IMG/VR virus record: IMGVR_UViG_3300022752_000024
Span: 1 to 64,000 of that record
Source: a virus
DNA: 64,000 nt
Direction: 5' to 3' (one strand)
In this document: positions 36,944 to 47,851 of the stretch, in pieces
Layout of the letters: each line of letters opens with the position of its first letter
How positions within the stretch are numbered: the stretch's first letter is position 1
Notes under the pieces: model-generated
What the model was told of the DNA's origin: nothing
The model's database searches: none
The model's input: only the letters and a program-made list of their open reading frames with translations
Program-made: the position numbers and the translations under genes

Positions 36944-36973
36944 AATTAAATTTAAAAATAATATTAGACTCAC

Positions 36974-37002
36974 ATTATAACACAATAATTATAACTATGC
37001 AA
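36974..37002 (-). promoter_or_regulatory. sigma70 promoter for the uvsY-uvsW operon
   Basis: TTGCAT-17nt-TATAAT with extended TG. Confidence 0.75.
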
Positions 37003-37010
37003 GCTTTTTG

Positions 37011-37538
37011 TTAATATCTGGTAACGTTGAAGTATGAGAATCTGAAAGAACAGTCGGCAGTAATGGTTGTAGTATTTTCATCCGTGGTACTAAAAATAAT
37101 AGATGATAGTGTGGTTGGAAACATATCCACAAATTGTAGACTTATTTTTGGATTGTTTAATGAAGAAAGAATGGTTAAGGTACCATCTGCATACTGTGGA
37201 GATGGACCGGTTGCAACTGGACTTAAATTTCTAAGATTTTTGTATTGATCAAAGTTGTTGGGAAAAGTCAAACCTTTAATCCAATCATGCAACTGCATCC
37301 ATGCTCTGAGTTCTTCATCGACAATAAATGTTATATTGAAAAGCTCATATTGAATCTTGTTTCCTGGTTTATATAGTTCCACAAAAGGAGTGTTTTGAGC
37401 TAATTCCGATAGAGAAACTCCTGGCATATTAACTTGTTGACAGAAGTATTGTGTATTATTAATTCTAGGAAAACTCAATACAAACTTTGTAGTTTGTAAA
37501 AAATTTGTATTATCTGGTTGCGGAATTAGTTGTGCCAT
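37011..37538 (-). CDS. gp3: tail tube terminator / tail completion protein
   Basis: NFLQTTKF, YFCQQVNMPG, FIVDEEL, FPTTLS. Confidence 0.85.
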   Translation of the reverse strand: MAQLIPQPDNTNFLQTTKFVLSFPRINNTQYFCQQVNMPGVSLSELAQNTPFVELYKPGNKIQYELFNITFIVDEELRAWMQLHDWIKGLTFPNNFDQYKNLRNLSPVATGPSPQYADGTLTILSSLNNPKISLQFVDMFPTTLSSIIFSTTDENTTTITADCSFRFSYFNVTRY

Positions 37539-37570
37539 TATATCTCCTTGTATTGACTATTTATGAAGAT

Positions 37571-37599
37571 AAAAAAAGAGAGTCCCGAAGGACTCTCTT
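37571..37599 (-). terminator. intrinsic terminator after gp23
   Basis: AAGAGAGTCC-TTCG-GGACTCTCTT followed by a T tract; C(UUCG)G tetraloop. Confidence 0.9.
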
Positions 37600-37626
37600 G
37601 AAATACCACTCTTACTGGTGGTTTTA

Positions 37627-38958
37627 TTACATTAAATTTTTCACGCCGAATATTCTATAGTACACGTTAGTTCTGGCATTAAGTGCACCATTACCAACAG
37701 TTGCACCTTGAGCAAATGGATTTGCAACCATGCCGTAACGGGTTTTGAAACCAATCTTTGGCTGGAAGGTGTACTGATCAACAGCACGAACCATTTGCAG
37801 TGGAACGTATGGGCAATAGAACAGACCAGCGTCATAAGGCGAAGAACCTTTATAACCGACTGTGACTAGTTCTTGATTGCTTGTGTAACCACCAAAGTAT
37901 GGATCGATGTATACTTTGATACGACCATGCAACAGACCAGCAAAAGTATTGCCTGTATCGTCAACTTGCAGATCAGCTTGTAGAGCAGGTGTATACTGTA
38001 GTACACCAGCCATAGCCATAGCAGAAGCAACGTCAGAAGAAACGATCAGAACGTTACCTTTACCTCTACGAGTTTGCTTTGCGATAGTGTTAGCATCACG
38101 TTCGATTTGGAAAATTAGACCTTTGAAACGCTCAACAGACCAACGACCATTTGAGTCTGTATCTAAGTCAAAGTAACCAGCAGTAGTTGTTCCGTACTGA
38201 GCACCCGATACAGCAGTTGCATAAATTGTACGAATAACTTCACGGTTAATTTCAGCTAAGATTTCTGTCGAAAGAATGTTCGACAATTCTGTTTCAGCAT
38301 CCAAACCATGAATTGCTTTCAAGTCTTGTGCTAATTCTAGCGAGTATTCTGCTTTCAAAGCACGGGATTGAGCAGTTACGGAAACTTTCTCAATGCTGAA
38401 TGCCATCTGTTGAAATACAGAACCAGTATCAGTACCTAACAATTCAGCAGTGGCAGTTGGAATACCAATACCAGTAGTGAATGCATTAGCAGTCAAGTTT
38501 GCAACTGGATTTGTACCTGTATCACTAGTTGTTTGAGTGCCTCTGAAACCGTATGGGTTAGCAGAAGAATCTGTACCAGAAAATCGAGTGTTTGCTTCGT
38601 TATAGAAAGCTTCAGAACCAGTCGATTGATTGTCGTACTTTGCTCTCATAGCAAAGATCAAACCAGTTGGACCTGTCATTGGTTGAACGCCAGCAACATC
38701 ATAAGCGATCAAGTTAGGCAATGCACGACGAACTAACGAAATCAAGATTGGGTCAAAGTTCTGAACACCACCTGCAACGTTAGTAGGACCAGCAGAGTTA
38801 ACTTCGCTCAAGAGTTGACCATCTTGCATCATTGCCTGCTGTTGGTTCTCTAGAACCATTGCAGTAACGGCTTTCTTATATGGATCTGTAATGGATGCTA
38901 ATTCTGGATGATCCAGAACTGGCTCCCATTTTGCTTTAAGTTGTTCGGATAAGTACAT
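37627..38958 (-). CDS. gp23: major capsid protein
   Basis: GVQPMTGPTGLIFAMR, SRALKAEYSLELAQDLKAIHGLDAE, FQPKIGFKTRYG. Confidence 0.98.
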   Translation of the reverse strand: MYLSEQLKAKWEPVLDHPELASITDPYKKAVTAMVLENQQQAMMQDGQLLSEVNSAGPTNVAGGVQNFDPILISLVRRALPNLIAYDVAGVQPMTGPTGLIFAMRAKYDNQSTGSEAFYNEANTRFSGTDSSANPYGFRGTQTTSDTGTNPVANLTANAFTTGIGIPTATAELLGTDTGSVFQQMAFSIEKVSVTAQSRALKAEYSLELAQDLKAIHGLDAETELSNILSTEILAEINREVIRTIYATAVSGAQYGTTTAGYFDLDTDSNGRWSVERFKGLIFQIERDANTIAKQTRRGKGNVLIVSSDVASAMAMAGVLQYTPALQADLQVDDTGNTFAGLLHGRIKVYIDPYFGGYTSNQELVTVGYKGSSPYDAGLFYCPYVPLQMVRAVDQYTFQPKIGFKTRYGMVANPFAQGATVGNGALNARTNVYYRIFGVKNLM

Positions 38959-38998
38959 CTGTATCTCCTTTTGTTGTTTTTATTTGAATTTTTTGTTA

Positions 38999-40135
38999 TT
39001 ATTTTGCCACGGATTTCGTAATGGCTTGTGCATAATAGTTCATCATAGGATCAGAAGACTTAACTGCGGGTTTGTCTTCATCGTCATATTGAACTTCTTC
39101 ATTCAGACCTGAAGTTTCAGAGTATCTAACTTGACTTGGAAAATAAGATTCTTTAATAGTCTCTAGTTTCTCTGCAAAATCTTCTTCAGTAGTAAAATCA
39201 ACATTCTCTGCGAGTGCTTTTATTTTTTCTACTTGCGTCTGAGTCAGGCCTTCACATGCTGCGTGGATAGCCTCTAATTTTAAGTGTTCATTGATTTGTG
39301 TTGCGTATTCGACATTCTTTTGAATTTCTTCATTTAAAGCGTCTTCTAATTCTTCAACACGTCCAACCAATTCTTCAACTGCATCAACTTTTTCTTCAGG
39401 AATGTCAATATACGATTCTTCGAATAGTGATTTTAGTTTGCCAATAAATTCTTCGGTAATCTCAGAACGCAAACCTTTTTCAATAGCTAATTCATTTTGT
39501 TCCATCCATTCTAGAACCATATAATTTAGGTACCCATCTAGCTTCTCAGTTAGTTCTTCTTTAACTAGATCAACTGCTACCTCAAATTCCTCAGTCAGTT
39601 TAGTCTCAATCTGTTCAGCAATTGCTTCTACACGAGACATAACAGCAGCTTCAAAAATTGTTGTTGCTTTATTTTTGAATTCTTCAGATAGATTTTCGCC
39701 TTCTAACAACGCATCAACATCGTCACCCATATTAAGGTCTTCATAGAAATTTGCATTTGCATTTTTCATGAATGTTTGAGTGTGTGGATTAATTTTTTTA
39801 CCGTCACGGTGTTCGTCATCGTAAGAAATAACGTCAGCTTTTTTGATGTCCAAAAGATCAGTACGACCATCTGATTGTTGTGGCTGACCAGATAATTTCT
39901 TCATTGGCTCTGATCCAACAGGTGGAGTTGCTCCTGGTGGTGTAGCGGTTGGAACACCTTTAGTTGGATTTGGTGCAGGATCTTTAGATGCCATAGTAAC
40001 AGCAAGACCGATGCTGTCTACTTCTCCTACGGGACCTGCTGGTAATTTTGCGGGTTTATCTTGACCACCTCTTTTAGACGATACAGATGCATCTAAAATT
40101 TCTTTAGCGGCTTCAGAAAGATTGAATTTAGACAT
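38999..40135 (-). CDS. gp22: prohead core scaffold protein
   Basis: LSEEFKNKATTIFEAAV, YLNYMVLEWM, IKESYF; TATAAATA at 40167-40174. Confidence 0.93.
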   Translation of the reverse strand: MSKFNLSEAAKEILDASVSSKRGGQDKPAKLPAGPVGEVDSIGLAVTMASKDPAPNPTKGVPTATPPGATPPVGSEPMKKLSGQPQQSDGRTDLLDIKKADVISYDDEHRDGKKINPHTQTFMKNANANFYEDLNMGDDVDALLEGENLSEEFKNKATTIFEAAVMSRVEAIAEQIETKLTEEFEVAVDLVKEELTEKLDGYLNYMVLEWMEQNELAIEKGLRSEITEEFIGKLKSLFEESYIDIPEEKVDAVEELVGRVEELEDALNEEIQKNVEYATQINEHLKLEAIHAACEGLTQTQVEKIKALAENVDFTTEEDFAEKLETIKESYFPSQVRYSETSGLNEEVQYDDEDKPAVKSSDPMMNYYAQAITKSVAK

Positions 40136-40175
40136 TTTAAAACTCTCCTTGTTTTTCTATATTGGATATTTATAA

Positions 40176-40820
40176 TTAAAGTTTTTTGATGAAGTTTTCA
40201 AATATGCGAAGACTTACTTGTTCGATCTCTTTTTTGCTTGCGCTACGAATTTGCTGTATTGCTTGAGATTGATCCATTTCAGTCCATATGCCGTTTACTA
40301 ACATCCATTCTTTTCCTTCCATGATACCTTCAACAAATGCTCCTGGTGCAGAAGGATCTGCTACGATATCAGCCGCTGTGGCGAGAAGAAAGTCTGATTG
40401 TACAACATTAACTCCGTTGACAAATTTAAGAGAACCCATGCCTCTTGATGAAACACCTAAACAGGCTCCACCATCAATAAGGTTCTTTGCAATATTTCCC
40501 ATAGGAGTATCTAGCACCTTTGCTTTACCAATCCATTGATTACCATCTTCATGCAATCCAGTAATTAAAATTGCAACACGGTCCAAATTGATTGTAGGAG
40601 AGTCAGGATGACCTAATTCTCCAAAAGCACGATTTTTATTAACATATTCTTCAGTATATCTACTAACTTCTTTTTTCATTGTATTGAATTCATAAAGACG
40701 GCCGTTCTTGTTTTTTCTTTCTGCTACAAGAAATGGTCCTTGAATAAACAACTGTTTATTGCCATCTTTTTCTTCGGTAAGATATTCTACCGCATCGTGA
40801 ACTTCTTTAATTAGCTTCAT
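40176..40820 (-). CDS. gp21: prohead protease
   Basis: GELGHP, GVSSRGMGS, DIVADPSAP. Confidence 0.96.
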   Translation of the reverse strand: MKLIKEVHDAVEYLTEEKDGNKQLFIQGPFLVAERKNKNGRLYEFNTMKKEVSRYTEEYVNKNRAFGELGHPDSPTINLDRVAILITGLHEDGNQWIGKAKVLDTPMGNIAKNLIDGGACLGVSSRGMGSLKFVNGVNVVQSDFLLATAADIVADPSAPGAFVEGIMEGKEWMLVNGIWTEMDQSQAIQQIRSASKKEIEQVSLRIFENFIKKL

Positions 40821-41347
40821 GGCGTTAATCCATATGGTGGGTAGTTAAACGCTGCTGGATCATTAAACTGACCAGCTTGGAAGTATCTATTGTCTTTATG
40901 TAATTCGATAATTAGAGTATATGCTGCGTTTGCTGTTGTACCAACTGTTTGAATAGTAATATTTCCTGTTGGGGCAGTCGCATTGTTCCAAATAGCAGGT
41001 AAGTTGTCGTTAGGATTGGTATCACCAGCACCTACTCCAAGAGCAAGAATTGTTTTATCGTTACCTGTACCTGTTCCTTGCCATTTTAATTGAAGGTGAC
41101 CAACCTCAGCATCCACGTTATATACTACTCGTTTAATGGTTACACAGTTAGCACCAAAACCAGATGGTAGAGTATTTGCTATTGTCCATTGACGTCCATT
41201 GGCATCTAATGTACCGCTCAGATATCTCGGATCAATAATAACTGTCTGAGTTTCGTCTCCTCCAGTAGCATCAAAAATACCAACACGTTTAATAATGGTT
41301 CTTTTTGTGGTATCAATTATAGTTTGTTGCGAATTAGATGTTGCCAT
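40817..41347 (-). CDS. hypothetical virion-region protein
   Basis: 176-aa beta-rich ORF between the prohead core genes and gp21. Confidence 0.7.
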   Translation of the reverse strand: MATSNSQQTIIDTTKRTIIKRVGIFDATGGDETQTVIIDPRYLSGTLDANGRQWTIANTLPSGFGANCVTIKRVVYNVDAEVGHLQLKWQGTGTGNDKTILALGVGAGDTNPNDNLPAIWNNATAPTGNITIQTVGTTANAAYTLIIELHKDNRYFQAGQFNDPAAFNYPPYGLTP

Positions 41348-41349
41348 TT

Positions 41350-41844
41350 TTAATCCTTAGCTTTATAAGTTGTATGTTTCCAGGCAAAATCAGCAACTTT
41401 CTTAAAGTGCGATTTGCTCTTATGAGCCATATCTGAAACTTTTTTCTTGTTTTCATTATTTAATGCGCCATGAACTTTCATAATTGCATTCGCTGTTTGT
41501 ACATCGACTTTCATAGAAGAACCATCTTTAAACTTCAAAGACTTTGCAGAATGATTATCAACAATAGACTTTAAATGATGCATTACATTTTCTTCGATTA
41601 CACCATCAGTTATTTCTAGTTCTTCTGCTGCCCATGCCATTTCACCATATGGAATAGTAACATATTTATTGAGTTTATCAACATAATACATTGCCACTCG
41701 TTGACCGTTTCCAAATTGGCGAATAGATTTTCTACGCATAATCAAAATAGGAGGAGGATCCATTGGTTTTGCCAATAGAGCCTGTTCGTCTTCCTGTAAA
41801 GAATCTTCTTCAGATTCATCAATAAAATCTTTTAGCGATTTCAT
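41350..41844 (-). CDS. prohead core / internal protein (gp68 position)
   Basis: MKSLKDFIDE N-terminus; position between gp67-like gene and gp21. Confidence 0.6.
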   Translation of the reverse strand: MKSLKDFIDESEEDSLQEDEQALLAKPMDPPPILIMRRKSIRQFGNGQRVAMYYVDKLNKYVTIPYGEMAWAAEELEITDGVIEENVMHHLKSIVDNHSAKSLKFKDGSSMKVDVQTANAIMKVHGALNNENKKKVSDMAHKSKSHFKKVADFAWKHTTYKAKD

Positions 41845-42014
41845 TCTTCTTCGTAATCTTCTTGGTCTTCGTTAGAAATAAAATTTCTTGCGATTTCTTG
41901 TTTTTTTGCTTCAATGTGTGAATTAACTCTATCCATAATTTCGGAGTATAGAGCATCACGCATTGCAACAGCGTTGTCATCATCCGCATAATCAATAATT
42001 GCTCTTGTAGTCAT
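41841..42014 (-). CDS. small acidic prohead core protein (gp67 position)
   Basis: Short acidic ORF after the portal; TATAAATA at 42044-42051. Confidence 0.6.
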   Translation of the reverse strand: MTTRAIIDYADDDNAVAMRDALYSEIMDRVNSHIEAKKQEIARNFISNEDQEDYEEE

Positions 42015-42046
42015 TTTAATTCCTTTCAATACTGGTCATTTTATAT

Positions 42047-43687
42047 TTATAATATTCTAGAAAGTCTCTTTATTGTAGATTCTTCATTAGAACTTTGTTG
42101 CGATTTTTCTTGATCTTGTTGTTCCGGATCTTGTTGAGCATCCATTTGAGTCTGCATTATCATTTGTTGCTGAGTCACAGCATTTTTAATATCAGTTGGA
42201 ACTTCAAATCCGTTTTTCTTTTCTTTTTCGATTTCAATATCAATACTTCTAATTTCTTCATCATCCATTCTAAGAACATTTCTACGAATCCATCCCATAG
42301 AATAATATGTACCAGTATACGGATCAACTTGTTGCAGTAACGAAAGTCTTTCTTTCATTAACTCTGCGTCTTTTAACTCAGTAAAGTTGTTATCTTTAAT
42401 GAAGTCATAGAAAATATGTTCTTTAAATTCATTGTATTCTGCATCAGTACAGATACCTTTTAGTACACATTGAACTCTTAATGCTTGGTCAAATAATTCA
42501 GCAAATTTATTACGAAGTCTACCAATAAATTTTGAAAATTTTAATTCGTCTCTGGTAATCTCAGATGAACGACCAATACTAAAACCTGATGCTGACTCTA
42601 AACGAGAAGTCGGTACGTTTAAACACTTGTATAGCTTCTTTTCGAAATACTTAACATCTTCTAATTCACCAAGATTTTGACCTCCTGGCAATGTAGTGAT
42701 CTCTGTTCCTTTGCCGCCTTCTCTACGAGGTAACCAAAAATCTTCCATCATAGATAAGAACTTGCGGTCATCACGAACTTCACCAGTATTGGCATCGTAA
42801 ACTAATTTATTCTTGTATTTAACCATAATATCACGCAGGTATTGTTCAGCTTTAAGCTTAGGTAAATTACCTACATCAATGTAAAAAATTCTTCTTTCTG
42901 GTGCTCTAGAAATACGATAGATAACCGTAGCATCTTCAATCATACGCAATTGATTTAATGGCTTAATTGCTTTATGTAGATACGACAAAACCACTGCTCT
43001 GCGAGAATCCATTAGTCCAGAATTAATATTAATGATGGAATCTTTGGTAATTCTAGTACCTACTGGACCATAATTAGACTGTGATCCAGAAATAGCCTTG
43101 TCATTATAGATGTAATACTCATTGATTACATTCATAATATCTACACCAGATCGATCATCTTTCTTCTTTTTAATTTCACGAACTTTACGAATTTTGCGAG
43201 GATCAACATAGCGAAGTTCTTTAATACCTAAAGTTGGATTATCTCTATCAATAATAATATGATAAAATAATCTTCCATCAATATAGTATCTTCTGAAAAT
43301 ATCTTGTGCCATGTTGTTATAGTTCAACAGACGAAGAATAGTGTTAAATTCTTCAGTTATGGCTTTTTTAATTTTGTCAGGTTGTTTTAACGAGTCCATA
43401 ACAATCTTAATGTTTTTGCCGTCATCGTCTTGTACTATAGCTTCATTCATTATGTCATCAATAGCGGACTCTATTTCTGGCTGCATAGCCATCTCACGAT
43501 AGCGAGAGATTAATTCTACTTCATTCTTTGCAGTACCGTCTAAGTCAACATATGTACCATAATAAGCAGCAGATGTAATGGTGAGCGCACCGTCATCATT
43601 ATTAGGGACGGCAAACGACTGCTGAACTTTTGCATCATCTTCAGCAGTTTGTCTTGATATCGTAAAACCAAATAAACTTAGAGCCAA
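42047..43687 (-). CDS. gp20: portal protein
   Basis: YRISRAPERRIFYIDVGNLPK, EDFWLPRREGGKGTEITTLPGG; TTG start with AGGAG SD. Confidence 0.97.
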   Translation of the reverse strand: MALSLFGFTISRQTAEDDAKVQQSFAVPNNDDGALTITSAAYYGTYVDLDGTAKNEVELISRYREMAMQPEIESAIDDIMNEAIVQDDDGKNIKIVMDSLKQPDKIKKAITEEFNTILRLLNYNNMAQDIFRRYYIDGRLFYHIIIDRDNPTLGIKELRYVDPRKIRKVREIKKKKDDRSGVDIMNVINEYYIYNDKAISGSQSNYGPVGTRITKDSIININSGLMDSRRAVVLSYLHKAIKPLNQLRMIEDATVIYRISRAPERRIFYIDVGNLPKLKAEQYLRDIMVKYKNKLVYDANTGEVRDDRKFLSMMEDFWLPRREGGKGTEITTLPGGQNLGELEDVKYFEKKLYKCLNVPTSRLESASGFSIGRSSEITRDELKFSKFIGRLRNKFAELFDQALRVQCVLKGICTDAEYNEFKEHIFYDFIKDNNFTELKDAELMKERLSLLQQVDPYTGTYYSMGWIRRNVLRMDDEEIRSIDIEIEKEKKNGFEVPTDIKNAVTQQQMIMQTQMDAQQDPEQQDQEKSQQSSNEESTIKRLSRIL

Positions 43688-43712
43688 AATATTTCTCCTA
43701 CATTATAAAATC

Positions 43713-43750
43713 AAAAAAAAAACATAGAGAGAGAACCAAAGTTCTCTCTC
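43713..43750 (-). terminator. intrinsic terminator after gp19
   Basis: GAGAGAGAAC-TTTG-GTTCTCTCTC followed by a T-rich tract. Confidence 0.8.
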
Positions 43751-43762
43751 AAATAAATCAAA

Positions 43763-44305
43763 TTATGTTGTTGTGTTAGTTTCCCACCATTGATATGCAA
43801 AGGTGGCTTGATATTCTTCGATAGAATCATTATTACCCCAATCTAGATCAATTGGAGAAATATCTACTGGAAACATACCTACGAAGTTATAAGTTTTTAA
43901 CACATTACCTGCTTTGCCATATTGAGTAACTAAGGCATCTACAGTATATCCTGCAGGATTTGATGCAGCACCATTTCTAATGTTTCCTGCATTACTGTTG
44001 ATTGCATTCATCCACGACTCTAGAGAATTTCTAATAGTAAAATCTTCATCATTGATGATTGTTAGTGACCAGTCTGCAAAATTTCTATTTCCCGCAAACT
44101 TTAGTTCACGACCAAAATAAAATAATGGAGCAATACCAATTGATGATCCTGGTAATTGTGCTGATTTTGCCATAAATGTAGCTTTGGATCCAGCAACGGA
44201 TCCATTAGCCGCAATAGTTGGGAATGTTAATGTCACGGCAAATAGATTAGGACGGGCACCATCTCCCGTCATATTTGCTCTAAATTCTGATACGTTAAAA
44301 GCCAT
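43763..44305 (-). CDS. gp19: tail tube protein
   Basis: GARPNLF, AQLPGS, GRELKFAG, WSLTIINDEDF, IEEYQATF. Confidence 0.95.
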   Translation of the reverse strand: MAFNVSEFRANMTGDGARPNLFAVTLTFPTIAANGSVAGSKATFMAKSAQLPGSSIGIAPLFYFGRELKFAGNRNFADWSLTIINDEDFTIRNSLESWMNAINSNAGNIRNGAASNPAGYTVDALVTQYGKAGNVLKTYNFVGMFPVDISPIDLDWGNNDSIEEYQATFAYQWWETNTTT

Positions 44306-44332
44306 TATTGTCTCCTATTGTTCTTTTATTTA

Positions 44333-46098
44333 TTAGATAGCGCCAGTGACTTCAGTAAACTGAACTCCAGTACCAACTGCAATAAAGTTTAGTCTGATAA
44401 AGTTAATAGAACGAGCAGGCTTAATATAAATGTCTCCAATGAATTGGTTGCTATCGATAACTTGTGGTGTGTTGTTTGTCGTGTCGCAAACTACTCGGAA
44501 ATCATAGATACCGCGGCGACCTTGAACATCACGCAAGAATGGAGCTACCAGAGCAACAAACTGCGCTCTAGTAAAGTCATCGTAAATTCAAATAGTGAAT
44601 ATTTTGCTGCTCTAGCGATTGCTTTCTCTAAAACAATAAACAGTCTACGAACATTGATTCTATCAAAAGCTGAAGGTTTAGCTTGTAGAGTTTTGTCACC
44701 ATACAGAACTGTACCATTTCCTGGGAATGAAACAATAGGATTAATACCTACTGGATATAAAATATCTCTTTGAGTTTGATTTGGATTCCAAGCAAGTTTA
44801 ACTGCATTCTTTACTGCACCGCGGTTAAAACCAGCTGGTGAGTACCAAGGATCACGAACAGAATCCGTGTATACGCATAGTCCAGCAACATCACCATTCA
44901 AAGGAATATAACGATATACACCATTATATTTGTCGTACATATACTTCCATCCGCTATCTGCAACAACGTATGAACTTGAACGAGACAGAGTATTTAACCA
45001 AGTTTGAATATTTGTAGTCTCATTACCGGTCTGGTTAACAACACTAGAATATGGTGGAGAAATAAATGCGATAGCATCTCCAGATCGACCAGTGACACTA
45101 CCAGCACTTGTTACAATGTTATCTATAACGTACTGTTGAACTGTAGTACTAGCATCTCCTGTTAGTACCAAAGAAACATCTACAGCGTCTTTATTTGCAA
45201 ATAAAGAAAAAGCAGATTGTAAATTGGCGTCAGAAATTGCTACATCAGTTCCTCCGGATAATGCTATAGTCGCATTTCCATTTGGATATGTATCTGTAGA
45301 GATTCTAGCAAAAGTCTTTCCTGCTGCTGTAGTGCCCCATGTTGCAACTGTATTCGAATAGTCAGCAGGATCCATAGCATGAACATACTTAGATTGTGCA
45401 GCTACTACATTTTTCCAGTAGGTAGTTTGATTGTTTCCGTCTGTTGCATCAAATGCTTTAGATACATACGAAAACACTTCTAAAACAGTACCTTTTGTTC
45501 CCGTAAACAGTCCACCTGCATCTGTGACTGCAATGTGAAATTCATCGTTAGCTCCACCCGCATTACTTACATATGTTGATGTTCCTGGTGCACCATTTAC
45601 CAAACCAGACCACGACTTTGATACGCTTCCAGTAGTAATAGTTGCGTTAGAAAACAGAGTTGTGTTACTAGAATCAAAAATGTCAACTTGAATTGAGTTT
45701 CCTAATGCACCAGGATATCTTGCTGCAAAAGGACCATAGGTGTTTGCATTATTATTAAAATGGTAGTTTGCTTCATAAACGTCATCATTAGCAATTTGTA
45801 TTTGGTTTGATGTATTAGCGTCAGCATTATACGTAACATTTGTGACTGCACGAACTACACGCAAATCGTTTCCGTATGCTAAAAAGCTTGCTGCTGTGTA
45901 GTATCCAATGTATGTGTTAGAGTTTGGTTGACCAAAAACACTAGCCAAAGTAGTTTCACTATCGATAGGCTTTATAACGTTCGCTGGACCCCAGGCAAAC
46001 CTGCCAGCAAAGGCACCGGTTGACGATGAGACCGAAGGAACAACGGTTGTTAAGTCGACTTCATTTACGACTACTCCCGGAGATAACTGAATTGCCAT
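44333..46098 (-). CDS. gp18: tail sheath protein; 1-nt frameshift near 44583 as sequenced
   Basis: SPGVVVNEVDLT, PWYSPAGFNRG, FDRINVRRLF; continues in another frame as (N)DDFTRAQFVALVAPFLRDVQGRRGI..IKPARSINFI. Confidence 0.93.
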
Positions 46099-46163
46099 TT
46101 TTTTCTCCCTATTCTATTATAAGTTTGGCAGGTATTAAAACTATATTGTATATTTAGAAAATA

Positions 46164-47849
46164 TCAATTTCTCATAATTTCTTTAAAATATTCTCCATAA
46201 ACGTCATCTTTTCCTCCAGCAACCCAAACATCTCCATCTTCAACTAAAAAAGGAACATCTAGTCCATTATCCATAATGAGTGAAGGAACATATTCATCTT
46301 CTATTTGTGACAGCTTTTCTAATTGAAGTTGTTTTCTCAGGTCATGGTTAACCACATCTTTAAAATATTTCTGTGTGGTCATCCATGCAAACATTACGTT
46401 AGTCATCACCATATCATCAGTCTTACCTTCTTCTGCTTTCCATGTTACTCCGTCGGAAACAAAAGATGTTAATTCTGAGATTGTATCAAAATCTTTAATT
46501 ATAAGCTTATTATTTTCAATAAGCATTTTTAAATTTGTGCAACCAATTCGTTTAACTTGGGTGCTCATTTTTAACCCAAGTTGAACACCTCTACCAAATC
46601 CTGCTGAGATTTGCTGTGCTTTTTTATTTCCGGTTTGAACTTTTATGAGGTTTTCATATTCAAGTTCACTGTGCAAAATTTCAGCAATTTGCGGAGTATT
46701 ATTAATTTCCACTAATACATGTGCATTATTATACAGTTTTGCAGCATTGTATATGATGGTAGGAAATAAAACCGGAGAGATGAATGAACTAGCATATTTA
46801 GCTACTTGCCTATATGGGGTTTCAGATATGTCAAATATTGAAAATGCCGACAAGTCCATGCTCTTGCCTTCTGCCACGTCCACGCACATTGCATAAGTAT
46901 GATCTTTTGTTATTTCTCCATCGCCAATAACTGGAGCCTCATAGACATCTAGTATTTCTTCTTTGGCAATTTTCTTTTTTTCGATAGGATCAGTATACGC
47001 TAGTTCTTGTAATTTAGATCCTGCAATTAAAGTATTTGTTGAACCCAAGAATTCTGTACAGAATTCTTGTTGGAATTGTCGTTCTGAAGTGTTTCGAATG
47101 GTTTCTTCACGCCACTCTGATGTTCTTCCTGGTACCATTGACCAGTGAATTTCAAATGTTTTATAGTTATTCTTCTTATTAATTGCATCCATCCACAACT
47201 TATAAAACAAATTCATTCCATTTGGAGTAGAAACAATAATAATCTTTGTTGTTTTACCAGAAGAAATGACGGGATAGACGGAGTTGAAGAATTCATGAGC
47301 AATACTAGATGGAACAAAAGCAAATTCATCAAGAAAAACAATATTAAATGATCCACCACGTACTGCTGAAGATGATGTTGCAGCAGCAATTACTTTTGAG
47401 CCATTTTCGAGTTCAATATTTCTTTTGTTCCATGTGATCACACCTTGCTGCAACCACATAGGAAGATTTTCGTATGCTAACTGATATTTTCCAAGGATAT
47501 CTTGAGCTAATTGTCCTTTGTTGGCTAGAACAGCAATACTCTGTGAGTCTTGAAATATTGATGCCCAGAGAAGATAAGCAACTGTAGTAGTAGTTTTACC
47601 AACTTGACGAGGACACTTGGTAATAGAAAAACGATTCTCGTGATATGTTTTAATCATATCTCGTTGAAAATTCCACATCTTAAAATCCATCAACCCTTCA
47701 TCAACGTTGACAATTTTAATATATTTTTCTGAAAAGTATATAGGATCCTTAGAGCATTTGATGTATTCTTCGATCTGCTCTTTCGTATATTCTAGTTTTA
47801 CTCCTGCTCGTTTAAGCAGAGGATTGTCTCTGTAAGCTGTTTTATCCAT
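46164..47849 (-). CDS. gp17: terminase large subunit
   Basis: PRQVGKTT, FLDEFAF, VSTPNGMN, VDVAEG, DDMVM. Confidence 0.97.
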   Translation of the reverse strand: MDKTAYRDNPLLKRAGVKLEYTKEQIEEYIKCSKDPIYFSEKYIKIVNVDEGLMDFKMWNFQRDMIKTYHENRFSITKCPRQVGKTTTTVAYLLWASIFQDSQSIAVLANKGQLAQDILGKYQLAYENLPMWLQQGVITWNKRNIELENGSKVIAAATSSSAVRGGSFNIVFLDEFAFVPSSIAHEFFNSVYPVISSGKTTKIIIVSTPNGMNLFYKLWMDAINKKNNYKTFEIHWSMVPGRTSEWREETIRNTSERQFQQEFCTEFLGSTNTLIAGSKLQELAYTDPIEKKKIAKEEILDVYEAPVIGDGEITKDHTYAMCVDVAEGKSMDLSAFSIFDISETPYRQVAKYASSFISPVLFPTIIYNAAKLYNNAHVLVEINNTPQIAEILHSELEYENLIKVQTGNKKAQQISAGFGRGVQLGLKMSTQVKRIGCTNLKMLIENNKLIIKDFDTISELTSFVSDGVTWKAEEGKTDDMVMTNVMFAWMTTQKYFKDVVNHDLRKQLQLEKLSQIEDEYVPSLIMDNGLDVPFLVEDGDVWVAGGKDDVYGEYFKEIMRN

Positions 47850-47851
47850 TA

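Noticed and set aside
47040-47075. Possible intein in terL at QQEFCTEFLGS
   Set aside because: The frame is continuous with no HINT motifs, so the site is empty; no intein motifs were seen in gp41, gp43 or gp20 either
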